From Candidatus Latescibacterota bacterium (GTDB lineage: Bacteria > Latescibacterota > UBA2968 > GCA-2709665), in the NCBI GenBank assembly GCA_965219455.1, contig OZ244744.1, positions 896,001 through 960,000 on the forward strand: a DNA stretch of 64,000 nucleotides, in the 5' to 3' direction. Below, piece by piece: positions 31,588 through 43,243 of this stretch (position 1 is the stretch's first letter; every line of letters begins with the position of its first letter). The notes under the pieces were generated by a model, which worked only from the letters and a program-made list of their open reading frames with translations, was not told the origin of the DNA and ran no database searches. A program made the position numbers and the translations under genes.

Positions 31588-33746
31588 ATCATGCCCCATC
31601 TGCGTCTGGCCGTCCACTCCACACCAAGGAGCACGACGAGAACGAAAAGCGGCCACGGTCTCCCCCACAGCCGGGTCCGGTACGACTCCGCCACCGGCTG
31701 GGGCGCAAGGTCAAGATCGCTCAGAACAGCGCTCAAACCATCCGGCGCCGTAAAATCGCCCCCGCTTCGCAAAGCCAGGCTTTCCAGAAGATTCCGGTTC
31801 ATTCGCATGTCTTCAAATTCCAGACTGTACCGGCCCACGGTGAATCGCCCGGTGCCATTCCCCAGATCAACGCCGCCCATACGGGCCCGTACTTCATACA
31901 CGTACTCTCCCTGGGCGCCCGCTTTCAATTGCCCCCGGTAGCGTCCGTGGCCTTCGTCGTCCAACATCGTCTGCCGAACCCGGTCCTCGTCCACGACAGA
32001 GAGCACCACGCGGGCGCCCTCCTGCGGCTGAAGCAACTCATTGAAGACACGTGCGTGAAACGTTACCGGAGCACCGCTGCGATAGACCGGCTTGTCCACC
32101 TCCAGCTGTACCCGCTCGACATCCTCCCGCTTTACCAGCCACTGCACGGAATTTGCCCAAAACGCCTTCGAAACCTCATCGTTCCTGCCGATGCCCCACA
32201 TCATGAGACCGAGCCGCCAGAACGTCCTGACCGCCACGGCCATCACCTTGCCCGCGCCCGCGCGACCCACTGCAACCAGGGGCATCTTTTCGCTGCCCGC
32301 ACGTTCGACCGGATGATAAATCAGGGTTTCGGCGTCCCCTCGAAGACCCTTATTCACATTGCAGGCCAGAACCGGCGGGAGATCGCCCCAGGCCTGTCGG
32401 TCCGCCAGGGGGTCGTCCGAGACCCGAAGAATGGGATGCATGGTTCCGGACCGGGACAATTCAAGCCGGAATGACGCCTCACGATACGTATTCGCGTCCG
32501 GAGAACACAGGACCGGCAGCACCCGTGCAACAGGCGACCGCGCGTATGCCCCGTTGAATCCCGCCCGTCCACCCACCGCGAGCAGCGCGCCGCCCGATTC
32601 CACAAATTCGGCCAGGCGGCGGCCGGTTTGCCCCGAAAGCATTTCGCCGGGCAGATCGAACAGGACGACGAGCTCGTCCGGATCGGTCAATGCCGCCCGA
32701 AGCCGAACAGGCAATTCGCCCTTTTTTCGGCCAACGAGTACCTCCACTTGCAGATTCTCGTTGGCCTCCAGCAGGCGGCGCAAATAGGCAAGATCCGCAC
32801 TGGGGGAACCCGCGACCATCAGAACACGCAGTCGGTTCTCGATGACCTCCGCCGAAACGACGGCGGTATTGTTGGCGGTCGAGCGTTCTGACGGCTGCGA
32901 GGCGAGATGGATTCGATATACACGCCGGCCCGCCCGATCGGGTGAGACGGTCAACCGGACCTCCTGCTCGCCGTCCAACAGCGTAACCGGCGCCTCCGCC
33001 ACCCGGCGCCCACCCTCTTCGACAACCAGCAACGATCTTGCGCCCTCGCATCCGCTCGACTTCAGTCCCACCGAGATCGAAAGCGGTCGCCCTACGTATA
33101 CCATCGGGTCGCATACGGCAGATACAATTGCCACGTCCTTCGGCGCATCCGCCTTCCCCACGCCCACCGCAAACACGGGCGCACCCAACTCGAGCGCGGC
33201 CCGTTCCGGCCTCGCGCCCAGGTTGTGAGCCCCATCAGAAATCAACACTGCCGCGACCAATCCCTCGCCAGCCGTTTTCTCGCGCAGCATATCCAGCGCC
33301 GCAGCCAGGTCCGTCGCCCTCCCGTCGAAGCGAAGCGAATCCACGCCCATTGGCGTCATGGGCGCCATCCACTCGGAGAAGCGATACCAGACCACCCGGG
33401 CGCGCGTCTCCAGCGCTTCGAACACGCCGCTCGTCAGGAGGTCAATCGCGAGATCGTGGCGCTTCCTCCCGTCGTCCTCGATGCGCATACTCTCGCTATC
33501 GTCCACCAGGACGGCCACAAGCGGCTTGCGCTCGCGCCGCATCGTGAGCGCAAGGACGGGTTCCATCATCAACACCAGCAGAAGAAGAAACGCTGTGCAC
33601 CGGAATACCAGCAACCATCGTACCAACCGGAATCCTTGCTTTCGGACGCGGTACGCCTGCCAAGCCAGGTAAACACAGACCGGCGCAAGCAAACCCAACA
33701 ACAATCCATCGCGCAAGCTCAGATCCAAATCGGACAACTGGAACAT
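31584..33746 (-). CDS. Membrane protein with vWA domain and GATase-like domain
   Basis: N- and C-terminal TM segments, DDSESM MIDAS, SDG, TFWR...FW, EW..RRR end. Confidence 0.75.
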   Translation of the reverse strand: MFQLSDLDLSLRDGLLLGLLAPVCVYLAWQAYRVRKQGFRLVRWLLVFRCTAFLLLLVLMMEPVLALTMRRERKPLVAVLVDDSESMRIEDDGRKRHDLAIDLLTSGVFEALETRARVVWYRFSEWMAPMTPMGVDSLRFDGRATDLAAALDMLREKTAGEGLVAAVLISDGAHNLGARPERAALELGAPVFAVGVGKADAPKDVAIVSAVCDPMVYVGRPLSISVGLKSSGCEGARSLLVVEEGGRRVAEAPVTLLDGEQEVRLTVSPDRAGRRVYRIHLASQPSERSTANNTAVVSAEVIENRLRVLMVAGSPSADLAYLRRLLEANENLQVEVLVGRKKGELPVRLRAALTDPDELVVLFDLPGEMLSGQTGRRLAEFVESGGALLAVGGRAGFNGAYARSPVARVLPVLCSPDANTYREASFRLELSRSGTMHPILRVSDDPLADRQAWGDLPPVLACNVNKGLRGDAETLIYHPVERAGSEKMPLVAVGRAGAGKVMAVAVRTFWRLGLMMWGIGRNDEVSKAFWANSVQWLVKREDVERVQLEVDKPVYRSGAPVTFHARVFNELLQPQEGARVVLSVVDEDRVRQTMLDDEGHGRYRGQLKAGAQGEYVYEVRARMGGVDLGNGTGRFTVGRYSLEFEDMRMNRNLLESLALRSGGDFTAPDGLSAVLSDLDLAPQPVAESYRTRLWGRPWPLFVLVVLLGVEWTARRRWGMI

Positions 33747-33748
33747 AA

Positions 33749-34191
33749 GTGTTCTGTCCCGGAAATAGATTGCCTGAATTCGGCCGACCAGAAGCAGCAA
33801 AAACAGCGATCAGCCATAAGCGGTCAGCTTGAATCAAAAACTCAATCAGTTGGCGTCAGCGCCGTGACCTCTCCCCCCGGCCCCCTCTCCTAAAGGAAAG
33901 GGGGAGACAAGCGCTGACCCGACACAAAATGACGCCTGGATTCATTCATCGATCAATCTGTCTTCAACCGACGACAGTTTTCCCCTTCCTTCAGGAAGGG
34001 GGTTAGGGGGTAGGTCTAGCGCTCCCCTTCGCAATCCACTGCTCGTTTCGCACAACGAGTGTCCATTTGCGGACGAGTGATACGGGAAAGTAACTAACAC
34101 GGCTTACCTCTTCCGTCTCACCGCCCTTTAGCAACCAGCGAGACGGGATGAATCGGCGGCCGAATGGTGACATATTTCTGGGACGGGACAC
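33749..34191. mobile_element. MITE family B copy 3, expanded by nested inserts
   Basis: Same TIRs as copy 1, with extra DNA that includes a palindromic doublet at 33866-34016. Confidence 0.85.
33866..34016. repeat. REPIN-like doublet of C/G-rich hairpins nested in MITE B
   Basis: GACCTCTCCCCCCGGCCCCCTCTCCTAAAGGAAAGGGGGA ... TCCCCTTCCTTCAGGAAGGGGGTTAGGGGGTAGGTC, inverted pair. Confidence 0.7.
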
Positions 34192-34195
34192 GAGG

Positions 34196-35251
34196 TTATG
34201 CCAGCTTCATTCTCGGATCGGCATCCAGGTCTCGGCCAGATCGCTCGCCTCTGCCCAGACGGAAACCTCCGGCGGCGGCAATCATCGCCGCGTTGTCGGT
34301 GCACAGGACCGGCGGCGGAAAGCAGACCTCAACCCCGCATTCGCGGGCGGCGCGTTGCATCTCTTCCCGCAACCGCCGATTCGCCGCCACCCCGCCCGTC
34401 GTCAGAACCCGCCTCAGTTCCAGAGCGACTGCCGCTTTCATTGTCTTCTGAACGAGCACGTCGACAACCGCGGCCTGGAAACTGGCCGCGATATCTGCAT
34501 ACTCCGCCTCCGCATCGGCTTCGGTCCGGCTTTTCAGGTGATACAAAACCGATGTTTTGATCCCGCTGAAGCTGAACTCGAATCCCTCCCGATGCTGGAG
34601 CCCGCGTGGAAAAGCGAACGCACTGGCGTCACCGTGTTCCGCCAGTTCAGCAATCACCGGTCCGCCCATGGTTGTCTCGCCCGCCCTCAACACGCCAAGC
34701 ATCTTGGCCACCTTGTCGAAAGCTTCCCCCGCTGCGTCGTCCCGGGTTTCACCGCAGACTTCGTACAGACCCCACCGGCGCACGTGGATCAATTGGGTAT
34801 GGCCGCCGGAAACTACGAGTGCCAGAAACGGGGGGCTCAGGTCCGGATCCCCCAGCAGTCCGGCGAAGAGATGCCCTTCGATATGATGTACGCCGATCAA
34901 CGGGCGGCCACTGCCAAGCGCAAGACCCTTGGCGGTGGAGATACCCACCAGCAGGCACCCGACAAGGCCCGGCCCGCGGGTGACCGCAATGCCGCCGAGA
35001 TCATCCAGACCGATTCCGGCCTGGTCCAGTGCCTCGCGTACGACCGGCACGATCTTGCGCACGTGGTTCCGTGACGCCAGTTCGGGAACCACACCGCCGT
35101 AGAGACTGTGCTCCGTCTGGGAAAATATGACATTCGACAGAATACAGCCGCTGGCCACAACCGCGGCAGCCGTTTCGTCACACGACGTTTCGATGCCCAG
35201 TACAGGACGATCCCATACCGGCTGCCCGGAGTACCTGGATTGAAAAGACAT
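34196..35251 (-). CDS. tsaD: tRNA N6-adenosine threonylcarbamoyltransferase TsaD
   Basis: LGIETSCDET, GGVVPELASRNH, HHIEGH, SGGHT, CTDNAAMIA. Confidence 0.96.
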   Translation of the reverse strand: MSFQSRYSGQPVWDRPVLGIETSCDETAAAVVASGCILSNVIFSQTEHSLYGGVVPELASRNHVRKIVPVVREALDQAGIGLDDLGGIAVTRGPGLVGCLLVGISTAKGLALGSGRPLIGVHHIEGHLFAGLLGDPDLSPPFLALVVSGGHTQLIHVRRWGLYEVCGETRDDAAGEAFDKVAKMLGVLRAGETTMGGPVIAELAEHGDASAFAFPRGLQHREGFEFSFSGIKTSVLYHLKSRTEADAEAEYADIAASFQAAVVDVLVQKTMKAAVALELRRVLTTGGVAANRRLREEMQRAARECGVEVCFPPPVLCTDNAAMIAAAGGFRLGRGERSGRDLDADPRMKLA

Positions 35252-35580
35252 CTGAACGCTATAGAACCTGAGGGGAGCAGATGGAAGAAATAAAGCGCCA
35301 CCCCCGTTGATCAGGGGATGGCCCAAGGCGAGGCGGGAAAGAAATTGAAAACCGGTTGAACAAAAGCTTCAAAAGAGGAGGCGGCACCTACGGGCAAAGA
35401 CACATCGGCGCCGCGAAAAATCCGGTTGGTAGCGTGGCGTTCAAATACATCAGACCCGGACGCCCGGTACGCGAGCCCTCATGTGGGACGCAACCGCCAC
35501 TGCCCCCACGTTCCAGAGCATCGACGCCGCCCGGCCGGATCATCATCCGGGATCGGATTTGCCGTTCGATCTTGAGACTC

Positions 35581-35635
35581 GTGCCTGTCCCAGGGATATC
35601 TCACCAATCGGCAATCTATTTTCGGGACAGAACAC
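35581..35635. mobile_element. MITE family B copy 4, minimal (the two ends only)
   Basis: GTGCCTGTCCCAGGGATATCTCACCA + GGCAATCTATTTTCGGGACAGAACAC. Confidence 0.75.
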
Positions 35636-35652
35636 TGGGTTGCCAAATGGTG

Positions 35653-35844
35653 CTATTTGTACGACTCGGCGATGTTTCTTCCCATGCTGATTTCGCCGTT
35701 ATCGATGCGCAGGTTGAACCCGCAATCGGGGCTACTGCAAACCCAGGCCTTGTAGTGAATAGGCGCGCCATCGCGCCCGTAGTCGGACAAAGGAAGCAAG
35801 ATACCCGTTTCGCACTTCAGACACTGTGTAAATTGATTTTCCAT
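35653..35844 (-). CDS. Small (63 aa) zinc-ribbon-like hypothetical protein
   Basis: CLKC...WVCSSPDC; strong RBS GGAGGGGAGG. Confidence 0.7.
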   Translation of the reverse strand: MENQFTQCLKCETGILLPLSDYGRDGAPIHYKAWVCSSPDCGFNLRIDNGEISMGRNIAESYK

Positions 35845-36071
35845 CCGTACCCTCCCCTCCACTTGATTTATGGCTCCTCCCGAAATGGGCCGCAATAAAC
35901 CGACGTCACCCCGCCCCCAAAACGACAACCCACGACGGCAGCGTGTAACAAGGACGCCAGAAACGACTGACCCATTTCATATTATCAGACGATATAAAAT
36001 TATGTAAACCAGGCGTTAAAGTCAAATTATTTTCTTTCTTTTCGCTACCGGTTCGTCCCGCACGAAACCAA

Positions 36072-36100
36072 TTGACAAACATATCCTGTATACGTATCGT
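36072..36100 (+). promoter_or_regulatory. Putative sigma70 promoter of the DAACS symporter
   Basis: TTGACA-17 nt-TATCGT in an AT-rich divergent intergenic region. Confidence 0.55.
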
Positions 36101-36180
36101 TAGACCCGTTATCCGACACGAATGATCCGGGCAATCCTTTCAGAATCACAGCCAGAATTCCTTCCTGGGAGCGTATCGCA

Positions 36181-37668
36181 ATGTCGCAACACAACCGGTT
36201 TCTGATTTACATCCTGCTCGCCATTCTGTTGGGCGCTCTGTTCGGCGGCCTGTTCCCCGAGCAGGCGTTGCACGTTAAATTTCTGGGCGAGATCTTTCTC
36301 AACGCGCTCAAAATGATCGTGGTTCCGCTCGTGGTTGCCTCGATGATCATCGGCATCACAAACCTGGGAGACGTTCGCAGGCTGGGCAGCATCGGCAAGC
36401 GGACCATTATGTATTATATGGTGACGACCGGCCTGTCCGTCCTCGTCGGGCTCATTCTGGTCAACATTGTCAAGCCGGGCGTGGGTGTGTCGGCTGGCGA
36501 ATCCCTGGATGGCGCCCGGTATACGGTTGAGGACAACTGGGTGCGCCTGCAGAACGCCAGGCTATCCGAATCCGGTTACGACGGCCGTTACCAGGTTCTG
36601 CTGGCGGACCAGAATATCGTGGGCTCGATCGACGCCGATGCAAGACACACGTCCGACAACCTCCGGGTGAAAGGCTGGCTCGACCGGGACACCCGGGAAG
36701 CCGTCGTGCCGATGCCTTCCGGCGTTGGCGTCCACGTCGACCTGGGAATGTCCGAACGGGTAAGAGGGAAGGACCGCTCTGTTGTCGATATATTTGTCGA
36801 CATGCTCGTTGGCATGATCCCGGTCAACATATTTAAAGCCATGGTCGAAACCGACGTCCTGCCGCTGATCGTCTTCTCCCTGCTCTTCGGCGGCGTGCTG
36901 ACCACTCTCGGGAACCGGACCCGTCCGGTTATCGACGTCATTGCGGGCATCAACGACGCCATTATGAAGATTGTACACATCGTCATCGGTTTCGCTCCCG
37001 TGGGGATATTCGGTCTGATTGCCGGACGCATGGGCAGCAGCGGCGGCTGGGCTGGTTTTCTGCCGGAGCTTACCAAGCTCGGGTGGTACGCCTCCACAGT
37101 TATTCTGGCCCTGTTGATCCACGGTCTGATCGTCCTCCCGTTGATCCTCCGCTTCTTTGGCAGGAGAAACGTCAAAAATTACGGACACAATCAGCTCCCG
37201 GCCCTTGGCACGGCTTTTTCCACGGCTTCCAGTTCGGCGACGTTGCCGCTCACGATCGATTGCGTTACCAAGCGAAACGGCGTCTCCAAACGGGTCTCGA
37301 GCTTCGTATTGCCGCTTGGCGCCACCATCAATATGGATGGTACCGCGCTTTATGAAGCCGTAGCCGCCATTTTCATCGCGCAGGTCTACGGCATCACGAT
37401 GGGTCCGGTTGAAATGGTCATCATCTTTCTCACCGCCACCCTGGCCGCCATCGGCGCCGCCGGAATTCCCGAGGCCGGTCTGGTGACCATGGTCATCGTC
37501 CTGCGAGCCGTGGGCCTGCCCATCGAGGGCATCACCCTTATCCTGGTCATCGATTGGTTCCTGGACCGCTGCCGCACCACCGTCAACGTCTGGGGCGACG
37601 CCATCGGTGCCGCGGTCGTCTCCCAATTCGAGGGAGAACGCCAACCCGATTCCGCGGACGCGGCATAA
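36181..37668 (+). CDS. Dicarboxylate/amino acid:cation symporter (GltP/DAACS)
   Basis: LKMIVVPLV, STASSSATLP, GATINMDGTA, DRCRTTVNVWGD. Confidence 0.92.
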   Translation: MSQHNRFLIYILLAILLGALFGGLFPEQALHVKFLGEIFLNALKMIVVPLVVASMIIGITNLGDVRRLGSIGKRTIMYYMVTTGLSVLVGLILVNIVKPGVGVSAGESLDGARYTVEDNWVRLQNARLSESGYDGRYQVLLADQNIVGSIDADARHTSDNLRVKGWLDRDTREAVVPMPSGVGVHVDLGMSERVRGKDRSVVDIFVDMLVGMIPVNIFKAMVETDVLPLIVFSLLFGGVLTTLGNRTRPVIDVIAGINDAIMKIVHIVIGFAPVGIFGLIAGRMGSSGGWAGFLPELTKLGWYASTVILALLIHGLIVLPLILRFFGRRNVKNYGHNQLPALGTAFSTASSSATLPLTIDCVTKRNGVSKRVSSFVLPLGATINMDGTALYEAVAAIFIAQVYGITMGPVEMVIIFLTATLAAIGAAGIPEAGLVTMVIVLRAVGLPIEGITLILVIDWFLDRCRTTVNVWGDAIGAAVVSQFEGERQPDSADAA

Positions 37669-37863
37669 GTTAAAGACCCATAACTCACGGCGCCCGGCGC
37701 AAGCTCAATTCACCTTCGGACGCCGAGGGATCCCTTTCCGCAGGCCATCGGCCTGAATGGACGCCCATTTCGGATGTCCGACCGGGTACGCGAAGACATC
37801 CCGGAACAGCGTCCCAACCTTCCCGGCTCTCTCCCGGAGACTGCCCGCCCGTCTCCAGCCTCT

Positions 37864-39567
37864 ATGTCATACAATTCCCAAAATCCACTAATTGTGCAGA
37901 GCGACATGTCGGTTCTTGCGGAGGTCGGCGGCCCGCGGTACGAAGCCGCCCGGGGCGTTCTCGCCCGCTTCGCCGAACTGGAAAAAAGCCCGGAATACAT
38001 TCATACCTATCGCATCAGCCCGCTATCGCTCTGGAACTCCGCCGCCGCGGGTCTCACGGCAGACGAAATCATCGACGCCCTGGAATCGTTCAGCAAATAT
38101 GAGGTCCCCCAGAACGTTTCCGTTGAAATCCGGGAAACCCTCGGGCGATACGGTCGAATTCGACTGGAACGATCCGGAAACGACCTCATCCTCTCGGCCG
38201 ACGATCCGCTGCTCATCACCGAAATCTGCCAGCACAAGTCCGTGCGGCCTTATTTGAATCGCAAGATTGACGCGCGCCGCCTCAAAGTCGACCTGCTGTA
38301 CCGGGGCCACCTGAAACAGGCGCTCACCCGCATCGGTTTCCCGGTCAAGGATCTCGCCGGGTACGTGCCCGGCAAGGGCTTGGCTCTGCGTCGACGAGCC
38401 ATCACGCGGTCGGGCGCTCCGTTTCACCTGCGCGACTACCAGCGGGAGGCGATGGAGATCTTTCACGCGGGCGGCGGACCGGAGGGGGGCAGCGGCGTGG
38501 TGGTTCTGCCCTGCGGATCGGGAAAAACCATTGTGGGTATCGCCGCCCTCGAACGGCTTCAGACCCAGGCGCTCATCCTCACCACCAACATCACCGCCTC
38601 CCGGCAGTGGAAAGCGGAACTGCTGGACAAGACGGATCTGAAGGCGGACCAGATCGGCGAATATTCGGGAGAAGTCAAAGAGATCCGTCCCATTACCATC
38701 GCCACGTACAATATCCTCACCTATCGAAAGAAAAAAGGCGATGCGTTTCCCCACTTCGCCATCTTCAACCAGGGCAACTGGGGCGTTATCCTATATGACG
38801 AAGTTCATCTGCTGCCCGCGCCCGTCTTCCGCTTTACCGCCGAACTCCAGGCGCGACGCAGGCTTGGTCTCACCGCCACGCTGGTGCGGGAAGACGGGCT
38901 CGAGGCGGACGTCTTCAGTCTCATAGGGCCGAAACGCTTCGACGTACCCTGGCGTGATCTGGAATCCAGGGGCTGGATTGCCACCGCTGATTGCTGCGAG
39001 ATTCGCCTCCCGTTGCCGCAGCATCTGCGACTGGACTACGCCGTTGCCGGGGGGCGCGGCAAATTCCGTATCGCCTCGGAAAATCCATCCAAAATTCCTC
39101 TGGCCAAACAACTCATCCGGATACACGCCAAGGATCAGATCCTGGTGATCGGCAAATATGTCGACCAGGTCGAAGCCTTCGCCAGAGAACTGCGCGCGCC
39201 AATCATTACAGGCAAAACCCCCAGCCACGAGCGCGACCGGTTATACGCGCGTTTCCGACAGGGCGATATCCGACTGATGGTCGTTTCCAAGGTGGCCAAT
39301 TTCGCCGTCGACCTGCCGGATGCCAACGTGGCCATCCAGATTTCCGGGACCTTCGGTTCCCGGCAGGAGGAAGCCCAGCGGTTGGGGCGCATCATCCGAC
39401 CCAAGTCCAACGGCAGCCTGGCACACTTCTACACCCTCGTTACCAGAGATACCCGGGAATTGGAATTCGCCCGCAAACGCCAGACGTTTCTTACCGAACA
39501 GGGTTACCGGTATTCCATTCGGGACGCCGCCGATGTCTTCAAAGAATCCGGCGCCGCTCCGGTCTGA
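37864..39567 (+). CDS. XPB/Ssl2/Rad25-like DNA repair helicase
   Basis: NPLIVQSD, LPCGSGKT, DEVH, LTATLVRED, GSRQEEAQRLGR. Confidence 0.9.
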   Translation: MSYNSQNPLIVQSDMSVLAEVGGPRYEAARGVLARFAELEKSPEYIHTYRISPLSLWNSAAAGLTADEIIDALESFSKYEVPQNVSVEIRETLGRYGRIRLERSGNDLILSADDPLLITEICQHKSVRPYLNRKIDARRLKVDLLYRGHLKQALTRIGFPVKDLAGYVPGKGLALRRRAITRSGAPFHLRDYQREAMEIFHAGGGPEGGSGVVVLPCGSGKTIVGIAALERLQTQALILTTNITASRQWKAELLDKTDLKADQIGEYSGEVKEIRPITIATYNILTYRKKKGDAFPHFAIFNQGNWGVILYDEVHLLPAPVFRFTAELQARRRLGLTATLVREDGLEADVFSLIGPKRFDVPWRDLESRGWIATADCCEIRLPLPQHLRLDYAVAGGRGKFRIASENPSKIPLAKQLIRIHAKDQILVIGKYVDQVEAFARELRAPIITGKTPSHERDRLYARFRQGDIRLMVVSKVANFAVDLPDANVAIQISGTFGSRQEEAQRLGRIIRPKSNGSLAHFYTLVTRDTRELEFARKRQTFLTEQGYRYSIRDAADVFKESGAAPV

Positions 39568-40408
39568 CCTTTCCGAAGCCGCCGCCTTCCGTGCACGCCT
39601 GCAGATTACGCGCCCTCAGAACTGTCTCATTACCTTTGCCTCCGTGCTGATGGGCGGGTGGCTAGGCGTACACGCGCTGCCCGCGTCGCTCTGGATCGCC
39701 GCTTTTTCCGCCGCAGCCATCATGGCCGGCGGCAATGCCCTCAACGACCTGTGGGATCTGGAAACCGATCGCATCAACCACCCTCACAGGCCCCTTCCTT
39801 CCGCCCGTCTTACCCCCCGCGCAGCCGGCATCGAATGCGTTGCCCTCTTCTCGCTAGGCCTCGGCCTTAGCCTCTTTCTGGCGTCCGAAGCCGTCGTGAC
39901 CGCCGCCGCCGCGTGCGGCTGCCTCGTGGCCTACAATCGCCGGCTGAAACACATCCCGCTGGCCGGCAACGTCGCGGTCAGCCTCCTGTGCGGCATGGCG
40001 TTCTTCTACGGCGGATTCGCCGTCCGCGCCCCCGTACCCGCCGCCGTACCCGCCCTGTTTGCAGCCATCTACCATCTGGCCCGGGAAATTCTCAAAGACG
40101 CCCAGGACATCCCCGGAGACCGTATGGCGCCCGGTGGAACCCTGCCCCTCCGCTGGGGGCCGGCCAGATCCTGCCGCCTGGCCGTTGCCGCCTACGCGCT
40201 CCTGGTTCTCCTCACCCCGGTTCCGTACATCCTGGACCTCTACGGACTGCCCTATCTCATCCTCGTCTGCCTCCTCGATCTGTTTTTGATCGGCATCATA
40301 TTCTCCCTCCGGCGCGTCCCGGATACGCGTCGCCTCCGCCAGGTCAACCGGTTCCTCAAGGCCGGAATGATCCTGGGGCTGCTGGCAATCCTCGCGGGCG
40401 CACGCTGA
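39533..40408 (+). CDS. UbiA-family prenyltransferase, digeranylgeranylglyceryl-phosphate-synthase-like
   Basis: RPQN, NDLWDLETDRINHPHRPLPS, LK..PLAGN, REILKDAQDIPGD; multiple TM helices. Confidence 0.78.
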   Translation: MSSKNPAPLRSDLSEAAAFRARLQITRPQNCLITFASVLMGGWLGVHALPASLWIAAFSAAAIMAGGNALNDLWDLETDRINHPHRPLPSARLTPRAAGIECVALFSLGLGLSLFLASEAVVTAAAACGCLVAYNRRLKHIPLAGNVAVSLLCGMAFFYGGFAVRAPVPAAVPALFAAIYHLAREILKDAQDIPGDRMAPGGTLPLRWGPARSCRLAVAAYALLVLLTPVPYILDLYGLPYLILVCLLDLFLIGIIFSLRRVPDTRRLRQVNRFLKAGMILGLLAILAGAR

Positions 40409-40499
40409 TCTTTCGCCGGAGGAGAGGTCCCCGTCAATGGGCCAAAAACCCCATGCGGGCCTTTGAAATTGACACAACTCATTGATTATATTAACTTAA

Positions 40500-42587
<2,088 letters not shown>

Positions 42588-42679
42588 CGACTCGAGGAAG
42601 CACGGCGCAGACGATGCGCTCGCCCGGACAAGCGCACGGAAATACCTCGGCCCGAAGGGCCCAATACAAGGCTTTTCGC

Positions 42680-42708
42680 TTGACAGGTAGCGGTCGCTTT
42701 GTTACACT
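42680..42708 (+). promoter_or_regulatory. Sigma70 promoter of tRNA-Ala
   Basis: TTGACA-17 nt-TACACT, ~20 nt upstream of the tRNA. Confidence 0.75.
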
Positions 42709-42729
42709 TCGTCCACATTACCCAGAGGT

Positions 42730-42805
42730 GGGGCTGTAGCTCAGCTGGGAGAGCGCATGACTGGCAGTCATGAGGTCATCGGTTCGATCCCGATCAGCTC
42801 CACCA
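42730..42805 (+). tRNA. tRNA-Ala(GGC)
   Basis: GGGGCTG/CAGCTCC acceptor stem with G3:U70, anticodon arm CATGA-CT-GGC-AG-TCATG, GGTTCGATCC, encoded CCA. Confidence 0.96.
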
Positions 42806-42816
42806 TGAATTCAGAG

Positions 42817-42849
42817 ACAGGCTTGCAGGAATATCCCGCAAGCCTGTTT
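42817..42849 (+). terminator. Terminator after tRNA-Ala
   Basis: ACAGGCTTGC...GCAAGCCTGT followed by TT. Confidence 0.65.
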
Positions 42850-42861
42850 GGTTTATATGGT

Positions 42862-43030
42862 AAAGGCGCCCTCACCCGGCGCTGCGCGCCACCCTGGGGG
42901 GTCAAAGGCGCCCTCACCCGGCGCTACGCGCCACCCTCTCCCAGAGGGAGAGGGTCTGATTGGTGCGCTGGCGTCCGCCAGCGACCCCGATCAACCGACT
43001 GCGCGACACACTGTCCCAGAGGGAGAGGGT
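42862..43030. repeat. Cluster of CCCTCACCC-type palindromic repeats
   Basis: Tandem AAAGGCGCCCTCACCCGGCGCTRCGCGCCACCCT x2, plus CTCTCCCAGAGGGAGAGGG hairpins. Confidence 0.8.
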
Positions 43031-43243
43031 CTGGCTGCAGGTTAGGCAAGCCAGGCGCGCCGGTGGGGGGGCGTTCTTGAGGTGAAGGCGTTTGGCCGCC
43101 GGGTGTCGCAAAATGCGACGGTCATCGGGCAATGGACTCGATCACAAACACCCCGTTTTACGTTGACGGGTAATGATGAGATATATACTTTAATGGTGTA
43201 CAAGAACTTAGCGCTGGAAATGTAAACCCGGGAGCTATACTCG

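Noticed and set aside
35330-35580. 6S RNA or riboswitch
   Set aside because: I could not establish the long irregular hairpin or any conserved motif by eye. Kept only as a low-interest finding.
42757-43080. 107-aa ORF overlapping tRNA-Ala
   Set aside because: It is made of tRNA, terminator and palindromic repeats, so it is not a credible protein.
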